This document shows positions 48,574 through 62,100 of a stretch of 64,000 nt of DNA, in pieces (positions within the stretch are counted from its first letter, which is position 1; every line of letters begins with the position of its first letter). Origin of the DNA: Tubulanus polymorphus (lineage: Eukaryota > Animalia > Nemertea); NCBI RefSeq assembly GCF_964204645.1, contig NC_134029.1:1612001-1676000 (forward strand). Reading direction: 5' to 3'. The translations under genes and the position numbers were made by a program. Below the pieces are notes generated by a model. That model searched no databases. It was not told the origin of the DNA and saw only the letters and a list, made by a program, of their open reading frames with translations.

Positions 48574-49551
48574 CTATTATCGAAAGATCATCACTTAATC
48601 TAAAAATAGAATGTGACATTGATTACCCAAAAAGACAATTCTTTGTATGAAAGCATAAAACCCTCATTATTGGTAAAACTTCAGTTTATTAGGGGTACTA
48701 AGCTGGATCAGGGTTATGGGCAGAATGAGGGGTGAGGCACAATACAGGCCTACTCTTCCCTGACCCCTCCTGGCTCCTGTCATCCTTCATTAATTATTGA
48801 CAGTGTTGGGTCAGTATGTCAATGTTAGGTGGATGTGTTAGCAGCTTGCTGATATTCTGAATGTTGTATTACAGAATAAAGCAGCTCATTAATTAATGGT
48901 TAGGATGACACAGATCAGTTAATTAGAGCTAGTTTAGTGAGAATGAATGAAGGAGGTTCCATCGATCAAAAAACAACATCATTTTACACCACGACGAACA
49001 TCGATCAATTCAACACATTTATAGCCATTTTATCGATTAGATACTGATTCTTAACAAATACTATCAGATTGTTAAACATGTCTTACGGATGCATAGACTC
49101 TAGAATCTCCTCAGAGGCGCATAATTAGTCATTATTTCTGGGTATATTCCGATTTATTTGTCACCACTCCTTCCTCCATTAATACGGGTATCGGCTGGTA
49201 TCGCCATCTGGTGCTCGGCGTCGATCGGGTTCGAACCCCACAAAATCCCACCGAGTGCGCGCGTTACTCGGCGAGCCATGGCGATCCAATGACTGGCACG
49301 CGTAGTCAATCTGTCCTCTTACCATTTGTCAGCAGTCTTTCCTCAATGATATAAGCGAATCATTCAACTATACCACGTACAATACATTTACAAACCAGAA
49401 CCACAGTAATTCTCTTGGAAGAGTTTTATTTTATTAATAGTAATACTGACAGTAAATATACACACAATTAGTCTGAATACCAGTCGTTGTTGTTACGGTT
49501 CCGGTTTCCTTGTTTGAGGAACAACGGCTAGGTACTAGACTAACACACAAT

Positions 49552-51780
49552 TCAAATATCACTGAATATATTCCTCGAATAGGCGTAAGATGGTCTCGAT
49601 GCAAAACGATGTATCCTGAAATATATAAATAGAAAAGTTATTTGATCTTAGACTTGAATAGCATCCTAGTGAATGTTAGAGAGTTTTTACCTAAAGTTTT
49701 CTGCTGTATTCATCCAACTTCTAACGAACGGAATGAGAAGTCCTCCGAGTAAAATCTGACTAGGATGATAAATCAGTAACGGTATAGAGATTACTGATAG
49801 CTCTGGTTTTCCGTTATACAATATCTTTAACATCGGTATACCTGAAAACAATGAGTCAATAGACGACTGAAAGAACGTTGATATTAATGTTATTACAGTT
49901 ACAGTAAAAAACTCAGCGAAGTCGTCATTAGGATAAATCGTCACATCACTGAAATCATCTTTTTGGGTCCGAATTTGTATTTCCTATTCAATCTACTAAT
50001 TGTAACTCGTCAAAATAATGAACGTCCCAACTAGACTTTGTAAAGTTACCAATATTACTTACTGACCTAAGGTCAATGATTTGTGCGTTGAGCAGAATAG
50101 AATAGCGACTGTATCAGCTGGTTGAAATCTAAGGAGAGGTTGAGATGACAACCAGAATGTAAACAGCAATAAAACTACTTGAATAATCACAACTGTAATA
50201 AGAGAAAATAATAACTGTTCAATAAAACACTCAAATAAAATCCCAAGCTTAAGAGTCAAAACATTGAGTAAACATATCAGACTCCTTTTTTTTTCTTTTT
50301 TTTACCCTTGGTATATCAAAAGAAAATGATTTCGAAATTAAGTATCTAGAATAGATTAATGAGGCTATCTGTACATAGGCTGGCCTTCTTTGATGGTAAA
50401 TAATTATATGATTGACTATCAATGCAATGTATCGAATGATACATAATCATTTGATAATGATAAATGCACTCACCTAAAAAGGCCACGATTAAGAGACTAA
50501 GTTCATCTATTTCTACATGATGTAGATTATTTTTCATAGAAAATGTATCACAAAACGTAGTGTAAATTATCAATAACAACATTGCACTGAAACATAAAAC
50601 ATTCAACTGAGACTCTTCACACCGAGTTTGATAAAAGTGTAATCTAGAGAAAAGTAGAATTCGATACCTGCTTATTTCTCCAAAAGGAATACGATTTCTT
50701 TCCAGCCAAAGTCGAACATGCTTACGAAAGAACTGACCAACTAATATCGGAATGAGAACTGTTAACGATAGCTGAATAAATACAGAAGTAAAGCCGACTG
50801 AGGTCTCGGAACCAAGCTAGAAAACAGGAAACGAGTTATTCACATTTCTATCAAATTCAACCGAGTCAAAAAACTAAATATTTTCATTTTCCTACCACGA
50901 AATAAAGCAGCATAGGAGTAACAAGTATTCCCTAAAAAATACAAATAAATAAAGTTATAAACTTTCCAAAAATGCCCGAAGAATTGAATGAAGGATCATT
51001 TTGAAGTTACCAGAAAACTTCCTAGCGCTGAATTAAATATCGCAGCTGCCTGAAATTAAAACAAAAAGAACTTTGAAATTTGATGAATAGATAATTTGCA
51101 TTGATGCAACATGATTGATTTATTTTACCTCATTTCCACCAATAGCTTTTGTTAAAATGACCGCAGATGAAACTGGAGGTGGCATACATGATACAACTTG
51201 TAACCTGAAATGAATCATTGAACACAATTCATACACGTACAATATGTACACTACATTGTACTGTAATAAAATCATTGCATATATACCCTTTTAACAGCAA
51301 GTCTTCAATTGGACTGTTTTCAAGTAGTGAAACCAATATATACATGAAAACTGGTACAAGCACTAGAGTGAAAACTTGTATAAATATATGTATACGATAC
51401 TGGAAAAATGCTTTCTTCAAATCCTGAAAATAAAAGTTTTCAAATTAGAAGCTGAAAGACCTGAATTATGAATGCACTTATTTCAAAATCTCTAACCTGT
51501 GTTTTCAGGGATAGCCCGCTGTTAAAAAATATAATACAAACTGCTAAGTACTTGACAGTCCATTCTGGTTTCAGGAATCCTATCGAAACAACAGACATAA
51601 ATAACAACTTCTTAATATTGAGAATAAAAAAATAACCTTGAGCCGAGGTCTTGTAATGTAAGTTGCAGTGTCAGTGATTGACTTACCTCCCTTAGTCCCA
51701 AAAGGAGGATACAATCTAGCTAACAAAATTGATAAAACAATTCCAATGAGAAACCAATTCTTTTTGATGATGTGAATCAT
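49552..51780 (-). CDS. SLC10A7: Sodium/bile acid cotransporter 7, about 11 coding exons
   Basis: Motifs [62 protein letters not shown] and [13 protein letters not shown]. The last exon (49615-49552) is inferred; the alternative stop is at 49687. Confidence 0.93.
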
Positions 51781-52370
51781 TTGGCGTTATTACAACTGAA
51801 ATGAAGATAGCCAACAGCGACCAGATCAGTCTTTCGGTTACACTTGGTAATTAGTACGACGGGTGAGTGTTGAGTTCCAGCATCTATTTTACGCACTGTC
51901 AGCTTCTGAATAATCTTTAGTTAGTTTCACTGAGTCTTAATGAAGACAATTCACTATCAGCGACAAATGCGTATCGTGTTATATTAATCACATTCGTGAA
52001 ATTTACAAAATTCATAGAAATCGCGTTTGAAATTTCGTGGATTCTGACAACCGGAAGGAACGACCTGACGTTGACACCGGCATGGATTTTACGACATTTA
52101 AATATTCATCTAATTCCTTCAAATTTATCATCTAATTTATTCCATGCATCCTATTATAGTCAGGTTTTCAAGATATTCCCACTGTATGTTGCTTGTTTTT
52201 AATTAAACTAATTTTAACTCGGACAGATTTTCCAGCTGCAGCTGTTTCCCGATCTGCTTCCATTTCATCTCGATTTCAGTGGTTTATTTGCATTTTCTAA
52301 CCGAAATACGATGATGAACTAAAAAGGAATTAATCTGATACTATAACCAGCGCACTAAACTGAATCAAAT

Positions 52371-53496
52371 ATGTTTAAAAAGTAAGTTAATTCGTGAAAA
52401 GTATTCTAAAGTAAAATGTCAATTATTTTTATTGCGCGACGTTATCCGTATTCGGTCATTGAAATACGTTTTAATTTTGTTTTACAGATTCAACGAGAAG
52501 ACAGATGTGACTAGTGTGAATGCTATGAAGTCCTCTGCCCAAAGAGGATTAAGAAATAAAATTCTGGAGCAGTTCCCGAACATTGCTGATCACATAGACG
52601 AAATATTACCTAAAAAGGAACCTCTGAAAGCTGTCAAATGGTAAGCATGGGGCCATCCATAAAGTACAGATGACACCTGATCGATCTTTTTGGGTCAAAC
52701 AGCTACCGTTTTTACTGAAGAACTTATTTTCAACAATGCTTTTGAAATCTGTAATTGATGCTGTATCCTACAAAATATTCTAAAATCTTTATTTTCAGTC
52801 GCGATCATATTGAAATAGTAGCCAATTCTAGTGGAGAACTTCGCTTTTTCCGACAAAGAGACGGTCCTTATATGCCAACTTTAAAATTACTTCACAAATG
52901 TAAGAATTCAGACTAACATTGCCTTATAACTTACCTTTACACCCAAACTCATTTTGTCAAGATGTTTATTTTAATTTTCAGATCCATTTATTTTACCTCT
53001 AATGCAGGTAGATAAAGGAGCTATAAAGTTTGTACTAAGTGGTGCTAATATAATGTGTCCTGGTTTGACTTCACCTGGAGCGAAAATGTCTGATGTTCCC
53101 ACTGACAGTGTGGTTGTATCCTTTATCAAACTATCACTGGTTTAAATCTTATCTATTTCCACGGTGATGTCAGGGGTGGGTTTAGAAAAATTTTAAAGGT
53201 AGAAATCCATTGAATTCATCTTCTTTAACTGATTTCCTAACCAGGCTGTAATGGCAGAAGGCAAGCAACATGCGTTAGGGATTGGATACACCAAAATGTC
53301 TTCAGCAGATATGTAAGTTTTCACTCCTTGAAAATCAATAAAAACTTTACTTAGTAATGTTTTGGCAATAAATTTTTTACAGTGTAAAAAATCATTGATG
53401 TTTTATCATTTCAGCTTATCAACTAATAAAGGAATAGGAGTGGACAATATTCACTATCTGAATGATCAGTTATGGAGTATGGCACCTGTGAAATAA
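52371..53496 (+). CDS. MCTS1: Malignant T-cell-amplified sequence 1 (PUA-domain translation re-initiation factor), 182 aa, 6 exons
   Basis: Exons 52371-52381, 52488-52640, 52799-52899, 52982-53115, 53245-53312, 53415-53496. Motifs [39 protein letters not shown] and NKGIG..NIHYLND. Confidence 0.96.
53116..53244 (+). other. U12-type (minor spliceosome) GT-AG intron in MCTS1
   Basis: 5' splice site GTATCCTTT; branch point TTCTTTAAC at 53221-53229, 15 nt before the intron end. Confidence 0.85.
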
Positions 53497-55163
53497 CGAG
53501 GACTTTAAAATATAATATTGTATTATATATGTAAAATTTGCATTAAATAAATATGTCATGATTGTTTGCATTTTTCGAATTTCTCATTATCACCTGGATA
53601 AAACTTTAAATAGCATTTCGCCGTGATTTCCCTTCCCTATTTATTTGCTACGTGTAGAATACGCGATATCTGGGATTCGAATCTCGCGCACGAATGGTTA
53701 GGCAGCGCCGGGAAAAGGGTTAAAGTTGATTGGCGTTGGCTTCTAATCTATTGAAAATTTTATCTGATGAAAATAAGATACAATTGTGCCGTAAGTCTAT
53801 GAAATGACGTTTAATATCTAACAAATTCAAAAATATCGTCGTCAACGATCTCGTTTAGTGAGTGGTTCGGCACCACGTGTAGTAGACTGGTTTCGCTGGA
53901 GCCATTGTTAGCGGAGTACCGGTAACCAGTCTAATCACTTATGTATTAATGCGCGCATACCCACAATTCCTGTTTTGCGTCAGCTCTATGTATGTATACT
54001 GCCGCCGCCGTGTGAGAGCAAAACATGGCCGTTTAAAAGTTTATGGATAATATTTACTCGTCTCATATCTGCTTTGTCGAACGTTTTCATGGCCCATAAA
54101 TATACGACGCCTGATCGAATTAGGGTAAGAATGAACCATGATATGTTTTGATGCGCGAATACTGAACACGTTATGCTGTACGGATTGAGGGATTTTCAAT
54201 TGGCGTGTGCGTGGTGTGTGAGGCACACGCACGTAACCCCGCCAGTAATACCCGTATGATACTGCGTAAACGCACGTTCGCCATTAAATTCAAAAATACG
54301 AAAATATTTTCTGATGTAATGTGATTAAAAATCTGTTGTCGTTTAAACGTGTTAGTTGATTTATTATGATTTGTAGCGCGTTTTGTCTTTGATTTGAAGA
54401 ATACTGAATCCAAGGTAGCATAGATAGAAAGGGTCGGCTCCAGGGAGGGCGAGCGGGAGGCGTGCGTACTTGTGACGTGAGTGACCCGTATCTAGTGTGT
54501 ATACACTAACACGGGGCAGCTGTCTTGCCTATCATCACTATTCTGTTTCAAACGAAAATCATTATATTTCATTATATCATTATATTATCATTCCTAAAAT
54601 GATTGTAGCTATGAAATAGTAGAATAGACAACAGACTCTTAGAAGTTTCCTATTTAGGTTGCCTGATTAGGATACAAGAATTTCCTTTAAAAGTCCATAT
54701 TTCTTACTTAGAATGATATTTAATTAACTTATATATTAAAATGTAACGTTAACAACTTGATTTTGGTTTTGAATTAATGAAATTCATTCAGAATTCTCAT
54801 AAATTAATTGAGATTTGAATAAAACATGTAGGTTACAGTTGCATCTAAATTAACTCATATAGGCTAATACAATAGATTTTAGAATAAATGAAATATTTTG
54901 TAGACTTCTGACCTGTAGTTAGCCTAGGCTTCGTTGGTCTATATGTAAGGCCTATCATGGTCTATGAGGTCCTATGATCCATAAACATTGAAAATATTTT
55001 TAGTCAAGTAGGTCTTATTATTACACATTTGTCAAGTCTTAAATATTGTGGTCGTTAAAGGCAAGTCATATGTAGTCTTAGCTGATTAGGGCTGGTCATG
55101 TCTACGAGTATGCGCTACAGGGAAGGTCTACCTTCTTTTCCCTCTTGGAGATTATTGATTTCT

Positions 55164-56008
55164 GATAGTTAGTACAAATAGCAGCCATCTTGAATCTGTC
55201 ACTTCCTGTGTCTGATGAATGTGTAACTTCCTATGTCTGAATTTGTCACTTCCTGTGACAGCAATTAAGGCTGTGTGTTTAAATCAGAATTCTAATACAC
55301 ATTCTATAAAATTGTCATTCTAAATGCTTATTGAGAAAGGGTGAAGTTGGTTTTGATCATGTTTGTGAATTTGTCACTTCCTACTAGGCCTATAGAAATA
55401 ACTGCGGTAATAAATTGGCTAGCATTTGTATCAGAATTCTAATATATAGATTTCATTCTAAATGCTTCTTGCGAACGGATGGTATTGATTGTTGACAAGG
55501 TTTATGATAGATTACAAATAGCGGCCATCTTGAATTTGTCACTGTCTATGCTTACAGTTATGTATTTATCGGCTATAGTGTTTGTATCAGAATTCTAGTT
55601 TACTGGTAGATGCCATTCTTAATGCTTCTTGACATTGGTCTTGATGATGTTTATGATAGATATCACAATAGCGGCCATCTTGAATTTGTCACTGTCTATG
55701 CTTACAGTTATGATCGGCTTTAGTGGTTGTATCAGAATTCTAATTTACTGGTAGATGTCATTCTTAATGCTTCTTTACATTGGTCTTGATAATGTTTATG
55801 ATAGATATTACAATAGCAGCCATCTTGAATTTGTCACTTCCTGTTGATAGAACTGCTGCAGTTATTTATAGGCTTAAGTCATTATATCAGAATTCTAATT
55901 GGGCCTATAGGTGTCATTCCAAATGCCTCTTAAAAAGGATGACAGAGGTTTTTTGATCTAACTCTGATGAATAGCAGCCATCTTGAAAATAGATTTCACT
56001 TCCTGTGA
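55164..56008. repeat. Degenerate tandem array of about 145-190-bp units (about 5.5 copies) carrying GC(G/A)GCCATCTTG and CACTTCCT motifs
   Basis: Recurring aatagcRgccatcttgaatttgtcact...atcagaattcta...cattctWaatgc. Confidence 0.85.
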
Positions 56009-56166
56009 AATGCAATAGGAATACCATAGTTATGTATTGGCTGTTTTATACCAGAACACTAATATAACTGTCATCCTTAATTGTTTCATCAATCACACGC
56101 ACATATATTCTTATTGTCAATTTTGACCAAACAAATTTCCTGTGTTTTTGTTTTAGGCTTTTGACT

Positions 56167-59100
56167 ATGAAAACTAGAGGATTATCAAAAGAAGAAACGT
56201 CATCACCGGGAAATGATGAGAAGATAGTGTCTAGCAGTAGCACGTCCGATGAAGGGATGAATACCAGATCCCCGAGACCACGAATACCATCTAAAACATT
56301 ATCTTCGGATTATATTTACCCTTCTGTGAGTCCTACTAAAAGTAGATCTAGTGCGAATCGTAAATCTACACCAAATCCATCTATTCACAGTACAACGGTA
56401 GGTGAATCTCCTAGTACTAGTTATAATGTTCCTAGTCTGGAAGGTCAGGAAGCTAGCCCTGATAAAGAATTGGCTCAAAAACGTAAAACGAGAAGTAAAC
56501 AGTTCATTGAGGAGAATTATAGGTCAGTCGGTAATGAGACAACAGCAATAGAATCGCTGAAAGAAATTATAGAAGAACTAGATACTGAGGTTAACCATGA
56601 GCAAACTGAGCATGATGAATTCACTGATAAACTCGCAAAGGCTAAATCAGTTTCAAGTAATCAGATTGAAGTTGCTCTGAAAAACCTTAAGGTTAAGCTC
56701 GCAAAATCTAAAGTAGAAGAAAATCAACCTCAAAAGCTGACGACGAGACGTTCTGTGAACTTATCCCCAATGAAAATTGGACCGTCGATTATTACAAACA
56801 TGTCAAAATGCGAAGTGAAACTGAAGAAAACAGTAAATGACCAGACTTCAATGGTCAGTACTCGAGGAAGTCGTCAGAGACAAACTCGCAGTACTTCCCC
56901 AAATCATCATTTCCAAGGTACTGATACAGCAACATTATCCAAGAAAGTAGTTCTTGTATCTGATGATGACGATGATGATATCTCCCTTAGCAATCTGAGG
57001 AAATCTCAGGCAGTATCTTATGATGATGATGATGATGATAATGATGATATCTCCCTTAGCAATCTGTTAAAATCTCAAGCAGTACCTGATGATGACGATG
57101 ATGATATTTCCCTTAGCAAACTGATGAAGTCTCAAGCAAAAGAAAATCTAGTATCGACCAGTTTACTTCCTAAAACTCCAGACAAACTGAAAAGTCTTCA
57201 ATGTAGTCCTCGTACTAGGAATTTCTATAAAACATTTGCATATGGAATAAAAAAGGCTGGTCGAACATCTGCCCCTCGCAAAAAGAATTGTGCCTGCTGT
57301 GGTGAACCCATAAAAAAGAAGAATGACGCTAATCAAGCTATGTGTCTCACTAAAGGTAAAGACAATGATGCAGAATTAGTTTCTTGTCAATCGACTGGTA
57401 TGAACAGGGTACGTCGATCTGCTGTTTCAACCCCGCCTGGTTTTAAACCAATGGATTTGACGATTTCACTAGAGAAAATTGAGTCTTTACCAGGAAAAAA
57501 CTGCACAATTTCAACAACCGATGAATCAACCACTGCACAGAAATCTGAGAGTGATGTTAGGATTTATTCCAACGTAAAGGACTTGATGAAGAATTTACCA
57601 AATGAGGTGGCAACATCTCCTAAAGTACCAATCATATGCCTTGGATCATCTGCCTCTCCAACCTCACGCAAGTTAGATTTTTTGGAAAGCGAGGATATTG
57701 AATCGCAAATTCCTGGAACTGTGTATGAAATGGCAAGTTCTTCACGATCAAAGAATAATCCTAAAATAAGACCATCTGGATCTGTTCCAAAAGTTACCAA
57801 AAATTCATCTAACCTTATTGATTCAATACGCCATTTGAATCTGTCTCCAAAAATGAGACAGGGTAAACAGAAGCTGCCATCTTGTGAAAACATGATTTAT
57901 AAAGCTGTTTTGCAAATTGATGAAAGTGACAGTAATAGTAATATGAGTTCTGCGAGCATTAAAAGAAAAAGTCCTAAAAAGCGACGTTCGGGAAGTGTAA
58001 AAATGAAACTAACCCGCACCGCTGTTTTACAGGATCAAGAACCTTGTGAATATGAAGGGGTTAGTGATGATTTTTCAGAATTTGGGTTTAATATTGACAA
58101 CGATTGCACGCCTTCTATATCAGATATTGGGGACGCAAATGATCTGATGTCTGAACCCGGAGAACTAGAACATGCTGGTAATGAAATTGAAAGTATGGAT
58201 TCATTGTCAATTGGTGCACGAACCGTTCCTTCCCTTTCAAAATCATTTTCCAATATATCTAGTGTGCCAACTACTGATGTCAGTTCAGCTGTTATGGAAG
58301 GTGATGACATGTGGGGTGATTTCATGAGTGAGAAATCAGATATGGAGACATCAAATAATCATTCAGCAGAAGAAGTTGATAATATGCGTAAACGATCTCT
58401 TCGGTGTTCTATCGATGATGTTTTAGAACAAACAAAATTGGATGATTCCCAAAATGATGAAGTTCCCGGACCTGTGATAGACATCTTTCAGAAGAAATCA
58501 AATGAGGATGGCCCTCTAGCTAAACTTATTCAGAGGATGCAAACTAGAGTTTCACAACCCGTTCCGGAAAATTTTGATATTAATGGGGATGAAAAAGAAA
58601 GCGATGAAGATGATAGTAGTGATGGTGATGAAGATGATGAAACCAGTTCCTCTGATTCCAGTGAGGAGGAAGACATTTCCAGTGAAAATGATGATTCAAC
58701 AAATGTTACAGCTGAGAATCATGCAGATGTTACAAATTCTAATAAATCAGTTGACTCAACAGTATCAGAGCCTGAGGAATTACGACCTCCTGTCATAGAA
58801 CATCATCAGGAAACAGACAACCAGCCTGAAACTGTACAGGATTTAAGTGGTTCAGATAATTGTGAGCAATGTGGGTTGAAAGTGATTCTAAAAGCTGAAC
58901 CAAATGAAGACAGTTATGGAAATACAGAGGTTTCGAGCACAGTGACATGTGTTGACTTAACTGATGTGCCAGATGCTGGTAGTTTGACAGGTTCTGGTCA
59001 TTGTAAGTGTCAAACTTGTGGAGGACTCGTCGGAAAAATCAAGGAAGAAGTGAAAGCAGAGTTAGAAGAATCAGATAATAGTGAACCACCAACGCTTCAT

Positions 59101-62100
59101 GCAGTCGATAATGAAACTAATCAAAATGATATGATGAATTGTAGTAAATCACCTCCACAGCTGACATTGGAGATGCCACCAGTTCGTAAAGTTAAAACTG
59201 AATATGATGAATCTTTGTTGTTGCAGTCTTTCGAAAGACCAGTTCCAGCTCCAGTTTGTGCATTCAGTAGTGGAGACTTGGATAGATATTTGGAAAAAAA
59301 TGCTGAATTAAAATCTGATCTTCTACAAAGGAAGATGAAATGTGTAGAGCCACCATCTCGTTTTTGCGTTGGACAAGATATATTCATAAACACGAATAAT
59401 GTTATACCTGATTTGGACCTAGTTGATGATGTGATGTTTATGTCATTTGCGACAGAAGATGTGTTAGCTGCTCATGTCAACATTGAAAAGAACAGAGACC
59501 TATGTGGTCGTGAAAGAGACATAAGTATCAGTATAAGTAGATATATGAACCGTAAGAAGAAAAGAAAAACGTTTGACTTTGTTAATAAAACAATAAAAAA
59601 GACTGATATGGTTCATAAAAAGAGAATGCACAAGTATGAGAAACATCTAATACAAGAGCTTGAAAAAATTGTAAAAAGTACCGGTAAACAAAGACGTAGA
59701 GGTTCGGCAAAAGGAAAAGATCCTGAGATAACTAAAGTCAAAGCTTGGAAAAATCGAGTCATTGATAGTTCTTCACTGGGTGACACCTTTCAGTTGTATG
59801 AAACACGTTTAAAACCAGCAACTGAAGAGTTACTAGAAAAGAAGGCACAGAGGAAGTATCCGCCATTCAAATATTTAAATCTGGTAGAAGATGATAGATC
59901 TGATGATGTGTCCAGTTCAGATATGGTTGTGAAGAAACCACTTGCCCCCTCACGATGGCTTTTTGATTTTCTCAAAGATGGAGTCAAAATCGAGGATGAT
60001 AATAGACCCATTTTACCGGAAGATGTTATTCTATCTGACGATGAAATTGTCAATGCTGAGCAAGATCATGGCACAGAACCAATCAGTGAAAATCAACCCA
60101 ATCTCGTAGTTTCTCATACACTTTCTACTGAACTCGATGAAAAGAAACAAAAACAGCTCCAGGATGTTTTGATGTTCAAGGAAAAACTTGCATCCGCTCG
60201 TTCCAAGTTACAAAGTCAACTAAGCGTAACTTGTGCTGAAGCTGTAGTTCAACCTATTTTCGAACCTGTGGTGGAAGCCTTGGTTGAACCAGTGCTTGAA
60301 CCAGCGCTTGAACCAGTAGTTGAACCAGTTGTCACAGATTATTTATCTCATAAATTTCCAAATCTATGGCACATTGATCGCATGGAAATGGTAACCTTAA
60401 CAGAGACAATGTCTATGAAAGCTCTGACAGCCTTGGAGTGTCCATCAGCAGTGGGGTCAGCACATCAAGCAGTCAAAAGAAGGAAATTAGACAATTCAGT
60501 CAATTTTCATACTGGTGATGATGAGAGTAATAACGAGATATCCGACAACCAGAGTCCATCGCCTCCAAATTTAACAAAGGAAGTTTCGCTTGAACCATTG
60601 AATCTCTTGATGTGTGATAAACCAGGTCAGTTTGAATCTTATCATGAAATATACCACCGTACAATAAATCAAAATTGAAACGATTTGTTCATGGCAATTC
60701 CAATTTGGTTTGATTTTCAGGTTGTTCATCAGGTTGTGTTTGCAAAGTAAGTGAAGAAAATACATTAGCGACCGCAGACATTCCACCACCTTTAAAGAAA
60801 GAGAATTGCGACAAAGAATATTGCAGGTTGGGATGTATTTGTGACAGTTTGTTCGCTAGTTCTACGAAGAAATTTGGCTCAGTTTGCTCAAAGCGCGAAT
60901 GTCGATTCCGTTGTAAGTGCAACGTAAACGACATGTTCAATCCAGAATTTACAGGCGAAAATTCAAACGACATTCAGGATAAAGATTCGACTCATCTGCG
61001 TCGACCGCGACAATCTTACAAAAACGAGGACAGCGAAGATTATGATCGATTCCTGCGATGTCAACGAAAAGCGCAAGGTATCGAAGACGAGGGCGACCAG
61101 CAGCGGTATTCTGGATTGAAACGAGAACGACGCCTCACATCGAAGAAGAGAGATCTCATCTACTACGATGAGATGGTCAAATACGAAATAATGCACGCTT
61201 CATGGAAGAAGAAAAAGGTACGATCAACAAATCGATCTCCATTTTCATCTATTTACCATTTTTTTGCTGGTTCAAAAGTGGAATCTTTAAGATATTCAAT
61301 ATTTCTTTTTTGTAGTTACTTACGCAGGGTTCTTCGACTTCACCATTGACCTCCACAATGTCAACCCTGGTAACAGAAATGGAAGCCCCAAGTTTCAAGC
61401 CAAAAATGCAGAGAAAAAGTCAAATAACTACAAATATTGAGGAACCCATTATGGTATGTGTATTCAGCAAACAAATAAAGAGTCTTGTATTGTTTTGCTT
61501 ATTATTGTTTTGCTGTTATATTATTTATTATTTTCCAGGACGATAATCCATCATACTACACATGTGCTAGAGTGCATTATTATAGACGTAAAGCAAGGTA
61601 CAAAATAAATGAGCATATAATATTGTCTGTTGAGAAAATGTTGTCTTTCTGTCAACCTTATGAATGATTTTATCCTCTTGTAGGGACTTTGTGTTGCAAT
61701 GTACTTGTCGTAATCATGGAGTTGATGGAAGTTGTAAACGTGACCATCGGCAACAACAAGTAGCAACTGAGGATAATCCGCCTGAACTGGAGCCGGAGAG
61801 AGAGTCAACTGTAATAGAAGAAACAAAAGAATCCGAACCAGTGCAAGATAACGTTGCAATATCGGCTTCAAAACCAACTGACAGTGAACTTGAAATCAAA
61901 ATGTCTTCTGAGGAGAACAGCTCTGATTTTACCGATCATTTTAATAAGAGTGAAATAAAAAAGGAATATTTACCACCTGGATTCTCCAGACAAATGATGC
62001 TTTTACAACCGAAGCAACGACAAGCGACTGGGGAACCATTGATGAATAGCGAACCTCATTTACTGGAAATACTCAGTAACTGTCAATGGGACAAGATACG

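Noticed and set aside
49215-49245. tRNA gene around GGTTCGAACCC
   Set aside because: No A-box or cloverleaf; kept only as an isolated B-box.
60626-60678. Stop at 60678 as the end of a 1505-aa single-exon protein
   Set aside because: A G|GTCAGT donor at 60625 splices in frame to 60721 and completes the Cys motif; the tail is intron read-through.
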